Shown here one piece after another: positions 47,419-59,543 of a stretch of DNA of 64,000 bases. Location: positions 186,001 through 250,000 of the forward strand of contig NW_003314267.1 of NCBI RefSeq assembly GCF_000143415.4, given 5' to 3'. The first letter of the stretch is position 1, and every line of letters starts with the position of its first letter. The position numbers and the translations under genes were made by a program. The notes beneath the pieces were generated by a model. The model had not been told where the DNA came from, made no database searches, and saw nothing but the letters and a program-made list of their open reading frames with translations. Source of the stretch: Selaginella moellendorffii (lineage: Eukaryota; Plantae; Lycopodiophyta).

Positions 47419-50400
47419 TCAGACTGTTATTTTTTGCCTCCAACGCCTATACAATAATCTTGGAATTTCATCACTCTCCACACTATCAGGATTTAAACCC
47501 AGTAGTAATGCCATCTCTTCTCTAATACGTCCACGCTCATGTTCAGTGGTCGAAGAACCCATCCGGTTGAGCAGATTATGGAGATGCGGATAGTGCTTGG
47601 CTAGACAATATACATGCCATAAATGATGACTGGTGTCTGTCTGATCAAATGGCTTCTGATATACCGTTCCATCTGCCATTTGGTTGATTTCTGCAGCCAC
47701 CTCCTGGACTGGCCGGTTCTCTATCACCATCGCTCCAAGCCGTTTTGCAAGGTCCCCCAGAACATACGGTTTCTTCTCCCTAGTTTCCATACTGCAAGAG
47801 ATGGGGTGCACTGCATATGTGTGCGTGTTCGCTGCAGTTTTAATCGGCGAGTCATCGATGATGAGGATTTCACTTGAGCTAGCAGTCCGGTTCATCACTA
47901 CAGCCTCTGGCTTGACGAAGATGGGCTTGCTACCCCTCACATGGACCATAGTCAAGCAATCCTCCTGTGTTAGGAGAAAGTCAAATGGTAATATTACTCG
48001 CGTCTGATCGTGCATCATCTGTAGCAACGTTAATGCATTGTGGCACATCATGGATGTCCAAACTCCCAATTGCAAATTGAACCCGGCCCTCTGTTTTAAG
48101 TGTCGCATGGTCATTATTAGATCCCGCAGTTTCTCCCGTGTGATTAATGTGAATCTGTCTCTTTTGACCAACTTGCGACCGCAGGCTTTGGAGGGTGCAA
48201 TGACATTCGAGGACGAGCCACGCTCATGGGAGAAAAGGACACCGTTCAGATCAAAAACGATACAGTACCTTCGCCGTGACTCTGAAATGAAATGTGTCAG
48301 CATAAAAAATGGTACAAGTCAATTTTACCATCTACAATATTAGCGAATGTTGCTCCCGATGGTCGTTGAGAGGGTTTTGGTCGAGGAAACGTGAAGGGCG
48401 GAAATACTCTCCTCTGCAATGTGGGGTCAATCGCATCTGATGGCGTGTGGGCACATGCCATTTCAGCTGTAGACTCTGGTACAACTGGCTCAACAGTGGC
48501 ATGGGGTGGTTCCGATGGCGTGTGATCACACGCCATTTCAGCTGGTGCCTCCGTTGGCAAAGTGGACATGACCGAACAGGCAGCAAGGGCGGTGTAGGGA
48601 GGTTCCAACGGCGCGTAGTCAGACGATTGGGCACACGTTGAGTCCGTTGGAAATGAGGATACGACCGGCTCGGCGGCTGGGGCGGCCTCATGTGGGTCCA
48701 ATGGCGCCTGGTCACCGTTAGTTGGATACGTGGACAAGATTGACTCAGTGGTATGGGCAGCATCAAGTGGAGCGTGGTCAGCTTGCTTGGCGTTGATATG
48801 GATAGTAGCCTCCACCAGCTCTGATGACTCTTGCAGCCAAGTAGAGTCCACTGGCGGATCCATATGCATGTCCAAATATCTCCCTTCGATTGAGATGGTA
48901 TCCTCCCGTGCTACTAAAAACAAACTCATTAGCACATTGTATCGACTATACTGTATTTACCATCAACTGCTATTGAGGAACTAGGACCGATATCACTTGG
49001 GCGCACTGCTGATTCTGAAGGATTGGACATACGTTTTGACCCTTGCTTGGCACTATCCTTCCTCGACACTAAAGGCTAGAGTTTGTAAATTCAACTGAAT
49101 AATCTCTACTTACCATTTGCTCTGCGACCTACATGGACAATGTTAGAAATGGTAAAAGGTTAGGAATGGATGTACTATTATTTACCTGATGGTTTGTCTT
49201 GTATGACCTTCCTCCGTTGCTCTTTGGCCACCTCAGGCTGGCCATCATCGTCATCATCGTCGTTGTCGTTATTGTGATCGTCACCATTGTGAGGACCATC
49301 CAAGTCCTCTTCGTCCTCCTCTTCTTCGTCCTCCTCTTCTTTGTCCTCCTCTTCGTCCTTCTGCTCTTCCTGCTCATTATCTTTCTCTGGCTCCTCATCC
49401 CCCTCCTGCATTTCTTCCATAGGCTGCTCAGGCTGGATGGCTTGTTCTTCCAGGACCATCTTGGGAAAATCATCTGGCCGAGTCTCCATCTCAAAATACA
49501 AGACATCCATAGCCTGTTTTAGTGCGTCACCTAGGACCGTATCCTCACCCGACTGTCTTAACATGGTTTCTGCACGTTCTTGCACCCTTCGAAGACGACG
49601 AGATGAGAAAAACGTGGCCCTGACTTGAAAAGCATCCCTCATCCATTGTACCTCTCCATTGAGATTGGGGAAGGGGAGTCCGCCATAGGAATCTGAGTCA
49701 TGAGGTGGTGACTGCCTGCTTTCACTCAGCCCTTGATCTGCAATGAATGGCATGAGCACACACGCCATAACCGCGAGGCATTACCTATCATCTTTTCGTT
49801 GCCCTTCTTCCTTTTCAAATCAAACGCCTCTGATCTCGACGACTGTCCAACGTGCTTTCGCTTTTTATGACCACTGTCAGTTTGAGCTTGGCTGGTGCTT
49901 GCCTGTTTTGCCTTTGAAGAAGTTTCTCCTGCAAGGAATGGCATGAGACCACACGCCATTGCAAATATAATTTGTACCTCCTTTTTTCCTATTGCTTGTC
50001 TGTTTGTCCTTCTTCGATGCGCCACCAGTGTGCTTTTCAGTCCTCGTGTCTGAATATTCACAACGATCTATAATCAAAATGGCATAAGGCCTCACGTGAC
50101 CTTACCTTGTGCAGGTTGTGAGCTCGGCCCAACATGGGTATCTTCAACATTAGCTGTTAACGCCGTTTCAGCATCTGGGGGTGGCCACGCTCCTGCATAC
50201 AGAGCTTGTGAGATAACATTTAAACTTAAAGTGTGTACTCACCAGGTTCACAGAGAAGATTTGTTTTTCTTTAGCAACTTTAATTATATGCTCCATTGAA
50301 GTCACCTCTTCAATGGAGTTTGTCACCGCAACACACGGGACACTCTTGAGTAGTGCGGCTCGAAAGAATAGTCCGCCGCAGTTGTACTCGACAACGCATT

Positions 50401-52811
50401 TGCCCGGAAGCAGGTGACCCACCCGCTATTGCGTTGAAGACCCAGCTGAGCATTTCCCATGCTGCACCTGGAGCTTTCTTTGGATTCGAAAGCTCCATAG
50501 CTGTCTTCAGTTCCTCAGGCATGGGTAAATTGACCTCCCTCAGATCAATTCGATTGGCCTTGTCGAACGAAGCTGGGAAGTCACTCCAGTCCCACTCTGT
50601 TGCAGGACCAATAACAAGGGCGAGTGTGAAGATGCGGACATTCGTCGGTATCTTCTTCTTAGCCATTATCCCATGGATCTCCCGCATCTCCTTGCCTTTC
50701 AACCGAGCCTTCACCTCGTTCAAGGCCTTCCAGAACTTGTGATAGGATTCGGAGTCGTAGATCATATAGTGGACTGAAGATTCCACCTCCGCAAGTCCCA
50801 CCATTAAGTCAATGATGGAGCTGACTTCGTCTGCATGAGTGATTTCCTCGTTTGTGAAGTCCATCACACAAAAGATGTTCTTGACCTGCTCATCTCCGCG
50901 GGAAACGATGCTCCTCCACCTTTGATCCTCATCCGAATTCAAGTATACCCGGTAAGGTTCTCGATAGGCCTCTGCTGCGGGGTCGAGCTGTTTCTGAAGC
51001 CGACGGTCGACATCAATCTTAATGAAATTTGGATACTGATCCAACTTCTCAGCTTTACTTTTCGTGGCATCCCGCAGCAGATCGATGAACTTGGGGGCCC
51101 CCTTCATGTACTCGTCGATGTCTTCATTTGACAACTCCAGCGCTTCCATCATCTCTTGCGTGGTGTCGGTGCTCACCCTCTCCACGGCCACTTGCTCGAA
51201 GATCCAATCCTTCAATAGCGCACGAGCTCTCAGAGTCGTGCACAAGTCCTCGTATGTCACAATATGGCCGGGAGTCATTTTGGTCTTGTTGAAGACTACC
51301 TCACCACGTAGAAGAGCATTAGCCACTGTCAGAAGGTCGTCGTCGTCTAGAGACCGCAAGAAACGCAAGGCATTGAGCTTCAAATCATTGGGCTTCCGGC
51401 CGTCCTCCACACCCATTGAGTTTGGCAACTCCCCGTCATGGTACCTCCTCAGCACATCTACCCATTTGTCAAAAACAACTTTTGTGGCGAGTAGAATGTT
51501 ATGGATGCTGAGTGTGTCATTGACCCCTAGTGTTTTCGAGAGAAGACTCGAGAATTCCTGCAATGGAAATGGCGTGAGGCCACATGCTATGCCACATGCA
51601 ACGAGGCTTACCTGCCAGGCGCTAGTTGCTAGTGCACGTCCTTGTCCTGGTTTTTGTGGCTTCTTCAGTTGAACCCAGAGCTTCCGTGTTCGTGCCAATG
51701 TCTCGTGCAGACCCGATTTGTAGCACGTTTCTTGCTTGACATTCTGCGCGTGGGAGATGTATATGATAGATCGGAGGGGCGAGTTGCCTTTTATCAGGCG
51801 GACAACTCTTGTCTTGAAGACTTTCTTCACCTCCTCGCCCACCATAATATCCACAACTATCTCTTGCATCGCCAAGCTAGAATGCTGCCCGGAGACGGCA
51901 TAGAACCGGATGTTCTAATCGTCCAACACCTTCCTATTGATCAAGTCTGGAAACCTCGTCTCGCCCTTCATTGTTCGGTAGTAGGGGATCACGTCTGCGA
52001 TGTCGGGTGTTACTGGACTTGCCAGCATCTTCTGCTTCAGTTTCTCCACCCACTCATCAGATACTAGCCTATGGTTGTATTTGCTTTGGATGTCGATACG
52101 GCTCACGTCGATTGTATATACTTTGTTGGAATAGTAACAAGTACTATTATCTGCAACGATTTTTGCTGCCTCTTCTTGCTCTTTCTGCTCTTTGCGGCTC
52201 TTCTTTTTGGTGGGTGTAGTGTTTGAACCCGAGGCAATGGCATCACTGAGTAGCTTCTTTTTTGGAGCAGGAGAGTCGGACGTCGGCTTGAGCTTGACCA
52301 CCCTTTTCTGCTTCGAGGTAGTTTCCAGATCGACCCCCTTCCCCTTTGCTTCGCGAACTGGAGTCACTCTCAACGGCTCAATATTGGAATATAGTTTTTG
52401 AACATCGCCGTAGGTGAGGTCCGTGGATTCCATGAGATCTTCATAGACCCGCAGCGTCTTTGAAATTGTGGGCCTCCTGGACAACCTCTCCCGAGCTCCC
52501 TCTAGGAATTCCTCATAGCCGCTACCCCCCTCCAGGAAGCCGCTAGGATGTGCAAGGTGGATCTTGAAGGCAGACGCTGTCTCTACCACAAGTGCCAGTC
52601 CATATTCTTGCATGGAACTGCATGGAGTGTCTGTCACTTGGATGAGGATCCCCATGCATTCTTTTCTCCCACCATCTGTGTTGTACAGCCTCAGATCCTC
52701 GCCTTCCATCCCGAAAGTCCAACTGGTGAGCTCCTCCCCCTTCTCTGCATCCACATTGACAGTGGCTGGAAGAAGAACGCAATTCCTCGCCTGTTCAGAA
52801 ATGCACAACAA
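47419..52811 (-). pseudogene. Transposon cargo gene (~1600 codons, ~9 short introns): ParB-like domain, helical region, degenerate MTase-like segment, acidic/low-complexity linker, C-terminal FCP1/NIF-type HAD domain
   Basis: ORFs join in frame over GT-AG introns (e.g. 51558-51611, 50050-50105, 49929-49977, 49738-49784, 48282-48328). In-frame TAG at 51915-51917 and frameshift near 50423. Motifs FYAVSGQHS, PGKCVVEYNCGG, IVFDLNGVL..VWTS..K..IIDDSP. Confidence 0.7.
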
Positions 52812-54285
52812 TTAGAGCTGACAGATGAAAAGCTAGTAGCTGGAAATAACGTGAGGCCACACGCCATTCACCACTGCATCAGATGTCTTGAGGCTGCATC
52901 CTAAGATGGCGTGAGGCTACACGCCATCTGTAACCGGACTGCACTCGAGAGCCCAATCGGTGCATGCCAATGTTGCTACTGAATGGCATGTGGCCTCATG
53001 CCATTTTCTACTTGGCCTAAAAGACTTACCATTTGAAGCCGAATGGAGGCGTGACAACCGGACTCGCTGGCGAATGTGCACTGTGTGTGCAGCGGATCGT
53101 AGCAGCAAGGCTACTCTGCCACTTACAGTTGGAGAGTGGCGCTGAAATCTCCCGGGACGCCAAGTGGGCTGCGTGTGGGTGGCGGAGTGGGCGGCGGAGT
53201 TGGCGGCGAAGTTACAAACTGGGTGTGTCTTGAAGTGGACGCCGATGCACACGAGCGCGATGCGAGCGCGAGTGTGATGCAAGCGCGAGTGGACGCCGAT
53301 GCACACGAGAAACCTGTAGAGAAGTGGGAGCGCGATGCGAGCGCGAGTGGGAGTGCAATGCGAGCGCGAGTGTGCGAGCGCGAGTACGAAGCAAAATGCA
53401 AAACCTAACCTCACACGCGCGAAATGTCACGACGGTTGGTAATCCCGCCACGTCATCATTTCTCGGACTTGGGCGCCACCATTAATTTCTGGATCGGCGC
53501 GCGCATGCGTGAAATCCAAAAGAAATCCGCAACGTCATCATTCCTCAGACTGCATGCACGCGAAATCCAAAAGAAAGATCATGATTGGGATATCATTTAA
53601 TACCCTCGCTATATTTATACCATGCATGATTGGATATTCCAAAGCATCTTGTATTTCCAAAAATGCCAGATGTTCAGCTAAATAAATTGTCAGAGGATTT
53701 GATGTGACGTTCAAGCATGTGGGCTCATGCAATTTTGATCCCAAAAAATGCACCAAAAAATGCTCGGCGTCATCTGGCGTTATCTCTTGAATGGCGTGGG
53801 GCCGCATGCCATTTTTAGGAGCACATAGGAGTATATTCCTAGAATATTCTGACACACGCGAGATTGTTTTGAGTTTCCTGGAGATCCAACCGTTAGATCG
53901 CAACCAGATTTTACAAAATGGTATACAATGTCCTTGTTGATGACCCTGCAAAGAAGCATCTAGATCGGACACCACATGAGACCACACGAGCCTTACAATG
54001 TTTCAGGGGCATTTGCCATAGATCCGACCGTTATTTTGCTCCAAGATTCTACAGTTTGGTGTGCATTGACCTTTCCATCGACACTGCAAAGGGACATCAC
54101 AATCAGATGCGGGATCACAAGAAACCAACTTCACTAACTCTGGTTTCACCAAGATCTACGTAAGGAATTATGAAATGAAAGGACCCTCTCTATTGAAATG
54201 TGTTTATGGTCCTAGGGGCATTGTGACATATCAAAGGATTTTGCATCAAGTTCTGTATTTGCATGTTTATCAAGCTACTGAATTG

Positions 54286-54318
54286 CTAAACCCTAAACCC
54301 TAAACCCTAACCCTAAAC
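54286..54318 (+). repeat. Short plant telomere-type repeat tract (CCCTAAA)~4
   Basis: CTAAACCCTAAACCCTAAACCCTAACCCTAAAC. Confidence 0.9.
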
Positions 54319-55438
54319 ATGTGGCAAATGCTGCGTGAAGAAAGATGCCCTTTCTGGGTAAATGCTGTAAGAGGCAGATGCCGAGCAGATGTATCTCAGG
54401 CTAGCGAAGGGGACAAACGAAAGCTAGCTATAAACATGACGGGATGCAAATAGATTACTAGGCTGGTCCTGCGAAAATCAAAAACCATAATTGAAAACAT
54501 TGAAAATGCAAAAAGAAAGGTTTATAATATTTTTGAATTTTAAGCAACCAAAGGAATGTAAGTAGGGCATCTGTTTGTAAGTTTAAAAATGCCTCAATCA
54601 CTTAAATTCCCAAGTAAATAAAGCTGTTTCTATTTTTGGTACAGGTAAACTTTATAGCGTGTGGGCTCATGCAATTTTGAACCCAAAAATGCACCAAAAA
54701 ATGCTCGACTAGCATTATTCTTTGAATGGCATGTGGCCTTATATTGCCATAAATGGACGTACACACACAGCATAATTATTCCTTTACACGGCAAATAATC
54801 TTGGTGCGGATCGCTGACATGGCATGGCAAAGTTCGAATCACTGACATGGCACAGCTGGATCGAGGCAAGGACATGATGTGACAAAGTTCAACCTCCGAC
54901 AGCAAAGTCTAGAAGCTACTCCGTTTGAAATTTGTCAGAGGAATCATAAGATCTGGTTTGTCAGAGGATTTGATGTGACGTTCAAGCGTGTGTTATTTTT
55001 GAATTCTCGAACTCATTCCTAGGTCTATCATTTTTGTGCGCCGTGTTCTTGGTTCCGCTGAGCGCAGTGAGCGCTGCTTGTGTAAGCGGCGTTGTGAGCT
55101 ATGGTTTATGCGTCTACAAGCGGTTGCGGCATTGCGAGCGCCATTGCGAGCGGCAGTTTATGCGAGTGGCAGTTTGTGCGAGCGGCACTACGAGCAGTTG
55201 CGGTGTTGCAAGCGGCGCTACGAGTAGTTGCGGTGTTGCGAGCGGCACTGTCTTTGGTGTGGCTACCGCTTCCTTTTGATATTCGGCACTTGTGCTTCCT
55301 GGTATGTTCACCATGGAATGGTTTAGGACCACATTTAGAAATGGCATGAGGCCACATGCCATCTTGGGCCCTTGCAATTTCATGGCTAGCGTATTGTCAT
55401 GTATGTTTTTACTTGCCTGCAACTGTGTGTATATCAAG

Positions 55439-55630
55439 ATGGCATGAGGCCTCATGCCATCTTTGGCCCCTACTAGCCTATTGCCATATTCCTTTTGCCT
55501 TGCTGCAACTGTATATATTTTTGTATGGGTGACTAGTCACACACACAAAAATATATACAGTTGCAGCAAGGCAAAAGGAATATAGCAACAGGCTAGCAGG
55601 GGCCAAAGATAGCGTGAGGTCTCATGCCAT
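55439..55630. repeat. 192-bp near-perfect loopless palindrome
   Basis: 96-bp arms centred on GTGACT|AGTCAC (55534/55535), each end capped by a 22-bp palindrome copy. Confidence 0.92.
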
Positions 55631-55809
55631 TAGTGGTACCACTAATGGCATGAGGGCTCATGCCAATTTTGTGAATGCGAAATTTCACGTGGGTGTCAAT
55701 AGCATGTTTGAATAATGGCATGTGGCCTCATGCTATTTGGTATGTTATGATTTAGGCCATTCTCCAATCATTTTTTGTATGGTCTTAACTTCTTTTCTGC
55801 ACTTTCAGA

Positions 55810-58800
55810 ATGGCCTTCAGGGTTGGGGAAAAGGTTTACATTTTGAATGGTGGGAAGAGAGTTGCAAAAGGGACCCTTGTGTCTATGGATCGGAACTTTG
55901 TTATACACTGTCAAAGGCTTGGGGAAGGCAATGCTGCTGTATCAGTAGAGACTGTCTTCGATGGGAATGTGGTCGCTATTGAACGAGGAGAGATGGTCGT
56001 CAGGGTAAATGTTGTTGTTGCCTTGAAAAATCTGCAGAAGAAAGCAGATGTTGGGGACAGCGCAAGTGCGACGCATGTTCCCTCCGTGGATCTTAAGAAC
56101 CGTGCTACATGGATTCAGGCAAAGGTGTTTCTAAACAACCCCGAGGGGGAGGTGGTAGCTGAGGGCTTAGCCACAGTTGTCGATCCAAGAGATGCGGTTG
56201 CTAATCAAGAATTGGGCTGGGATGATATTGGAGTTGCGATTTTAGAGGTTGTTGACACAGAAGAAAACAATCTGACTATTGGAAGCATTGTGCGGTGGAA
56301 ATTGAGGCATTTAGTGTTTGAGAATGTGAAGGATTCACAATCAAACACCACTACAACTAATGACAGAACATCTCTTCATGGGAAAAGAAAGTACACCTTC
56401 CTACAGCACAGCCAAAGGGATCTGAGCAACGAACCGAAAAGTCAGAAAATGGCGATGGAGGTTCGAATGGTCTCGACAGTTGCTTGTTGCAAGAGGAGGT
56501 GCTGTCAACATGCTGATTGGGATGCTATTGAAGAGGAGAGAGCAAGATACAAGACATTGTCCTGGAAGGCAGCTTGCAATTTTGTGTATGAGGCATTACG
56601 GTCATCTGTTGATGCTTCAGAACATCAGGTGGGGGGCATGGTCTTCCAGAGGGGTTTGGTCTGCATGAAGGCATGGAGAATTATTTATGGAGTCCCTCGA
56701 AGCACATTCTACAGAATCAAAACTGAGTTCGAGGAACAAAGGGTTCAACAGGCAGTCCATGGGAACGACGGTACGCACAAAACCAGGGGTCATGTTGTAT
56801 ATGGAGAGGCAATCTTCAAGAGGTTTGTCGAGACATGTAGCGAGTAGCAACCACATAAAACACGCCTCTTGGAAGATGGAACACGAGACACCCAACGAGT
56901 TCTCCCTTCCATGTATACCGAAGGGGCCATATTGGAAGATGTGAATCGGGAACTCCAGAGTAATGGCTACAGGAAGCTGAGTCAATCTAGATTTAGTAGA
57001 TTGTGGAGCAACAGGTTCAGGGATGTGAGTATAGGAAAGTACTCCAGCTTTTCAAAGTGTGACGAGTGCATTGCTATCAAAATGGCTTTGTCGAAGAATT
57101 CTTGCAGTGCTCAAGAGCGAGAGACGTTGGTTAGAAGGCGGCTCGACCACAACATCGAGCAGAGAAGCTGCAAGACTGCATATTGTCATAACAGGATTCT
57201 CTCCATGGAGAGACCTGACTCTTACCTCTGCATCATCCATGACAAAATGGACCAGAAAAAGACGTGCTTACCTCGACTCAATCCTGCCCCCAAGGCAATC
57301 TCTTCATCCATGCAGCTGCCTGTGTCTCTGTTTGGCATAATCGCTCATGGGCATGGTGCCCAGAACTATGGGAACTTCTTTGTACCTCTATGGGGTGGCG
57401 GGGGTGCAAACATGATGATTGCGTCCCTAGCAAAACACTTAAGGTCTCTGCAAAGTGCGCAGACTGAGCTGAACGGCCAACCCTTGCATAAGGCCCTTGT
57501 CGATCGAACCCCATACAGGGTTCAGCTGGAGGAGGAGCAAAGGCTTGCAGTATCGCGTGGGGCCCCATGCCATCCCAGTGAATATGTTGGCCGTCAGATT
57601 GTAGGGTTATCACGTGAGGCCTCATGCCATTCCGACGAGGCTGGTCGCCCGGTGAATGCACAGCCTCATCCAAACAAAGCAGAATCTCAAGGAAGTTCTT
57701 GCGGCCGATGTGGCCTTCCACCCCATCTTCTGCTCCAAACAGACAATGCTGGCAGTGAGAACAAAAACATGTACGTCTTCGCGTGCTTGGCGATGCTTGT
57801 TGCCAAAGGCATATTTGAAACGGTTACACTTGGCTTTCTCATGGTTGGGCACACTCATGAAGACGTCGATGCCATGTTCAGTCACCTGGCAGAGTCCCTC
57901 CGGCGATCCAATGTCCTCACCCTCCCACAACTCTACGATGAATTCCAAAATTGCATCAAAGGCACTGTTGAAGCTGCACTTGTGACAGAGGTTCCAGACT
58001 TTAAGGGGTTTGTAAAAGGCTACATCAGGGACGGATCCGAAACGCTGATTGGCCACTCCAAGCCTCTTCAGTTTCATTTCAGCATGCGTGACGGTGCTCC
58101 AGTGATGAGGTACAAGATGAGAGAATGGGACATAGTGTGGCTGCCAGTGGATGGCATTGAACTCTTCAAGAGAGATCCCATAACTGGGGAACCTATGATT
58201 CCTCAGGGTTCCCCACGGCCGATGCACCCGGATGGACTCAAAGACCAGGAAAGTATAGTGGCCGGGATTAGACAGCATATTGCCTTCTGGAAGAGGGGGT
58301 TGGTGTTTGGTGGAGAATCCTATTTTAAGAGGTGCAAGCCTTTGCTCGAATACTGGGAGAAGATTATATCTGCTATCCAAAATGGGCCGGTTGTATATGA
58401 AGAATTGGAAGAGTCCTTTTGGCCAGAACCCAGAGCACCAGATAGTAGCGGAACAATGTCCTCTGGAAATGCAGTGACAGATAACGATGTTGAGGATCAC
58501 TATTGTGGGCCGAGGAACAAGAAGCCGGATTCAGCATTCAATCCAGTACAGGTCTGCAAAGGAATGGTCGTGCTTGTCAGACCCAGTAATAAAAAACAAA
58601 TGATATGGGTGGGGCGCTGCATCACTGATGCAGAGGAGGACGCGGAAACTAACTCCTTCAATGTAACTGTGGAGTGGTTCAAGCCAAGTTCCGGATATAC
58701 GAAGGATTGCCTAGAAAAAAGATGGGTGCTGAATCCAAGGGATCCCAGCATGAGCATATCGGTGGATAATGTTGTGCATGGTTGGATGCGGAAGCAGAGT

Positions 58801-58951
58801 GCCACCATCACCTTGCCAGACCATGCAAGAGATGCAGCAAGAGCATTCATAACCCGGGTTCAAGGTGAGATTCATTAATATTCCTTTACTAAGTTTCTAA
58901 TGTATTTTATTTCAAGGTGAACAATCCGAATCTGAATCAGAGGAGGCATGA
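55810..58951 (+). pseudogene. Sola1-like DDD transposase (~1030 codons) with one in-frame TAG and a terminal intron
   Basis: ORFs 55810-56847 and 56869-58878 share a frame across TAG 56845-56847. Motifs FSKCDEC, IIHDKMD, LQTDNAGSENKN, FLMVGHTHEDVDAMFS. Intron 58865-58916 yields the terminus GEQSESESEEA*. Confidence 0.82.
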
Positions 58952-59543
58952 TGGCATGTGGCCCTTTGCACTAGTATATCTTAATACCGGTCTGAGAAAT
59001 AGAATGGCATGTGCCCTCAGGCCTTTTACTAAATCACCTTTGAAAGAAATGCAAACCTCTATGTCGTAAAAAAAAGGTACTAGAGAAATTCCTTAATAAT
59101 ATGAATGTTATTTAGTTTCATGAAAATACACTAAGGGTCAAATGAGTTAAATGACTTCTCCAGACTAGCAATGCCTCTTGCTACACCTTCACAATTAGAT
59201 TCGTTAGAAAAAGATAACATTGAATAATATCTAAATGTTCTCACCATTAAGTTATATGTCTGGCTAATAGGAATGACGTTCATCTTGGAAAGCTCACCAC
59301 ACGCTCAATGAACAAACAAATAGTGTGTGCGCGCATGCCATCGCTCTTCTTTAGCTTCAGATTCGGCTTGTTCACCTTGACAATGAGATTTATTATACAA
59401 CCAGATGGACTCAGTCTGGACACAAAGTCACCGCGCTAGTCACCATGCCCCAGATATGTCTAGCCCCTGGACAAAAAACATATAATTTCACGTCATTTTC
59501 AAATACTTGAAAATTTGTACTTAGTCCCATTTTACTGAATAAA

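Larger units (their letters stand above)
47363..59025. repeat. Dispersed 22-bp palindrome ATGGCRTGNGGCCNCAYGCCAT, about 20 copies
   Basis: Copies start at 47363, 48440, 48515, 49747, 49938, 50079, 51569, 52846, 52906, 52983, 53791, 54726, 55341, 55439, 55609, 55645, 55715, 57552, 57609, plus partial copies at 58951 and 59004. None was seen outside the TIRs. Confidence 0.92.

Noticed and set aside
52917-53451. ORFs in the CG-rich repeat region upstream of the cargo gene (also 55034-55455)
   Set aside because: Low-complexity GCGAGC repeats in probable promoter/5' UTR DNA.
54286-54318. Chromosome end or fusion site
   Set aside because: Only about four units, lying inside a TIR-bounded element.
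47363-59025. 22-bp palindromes as CRISPR repeats or MITE insertions
   Set aside because: Spacing is irregular (tens to thousands of bp), there are no TSDs, and the copies are degenerate; they fit binding sites better.
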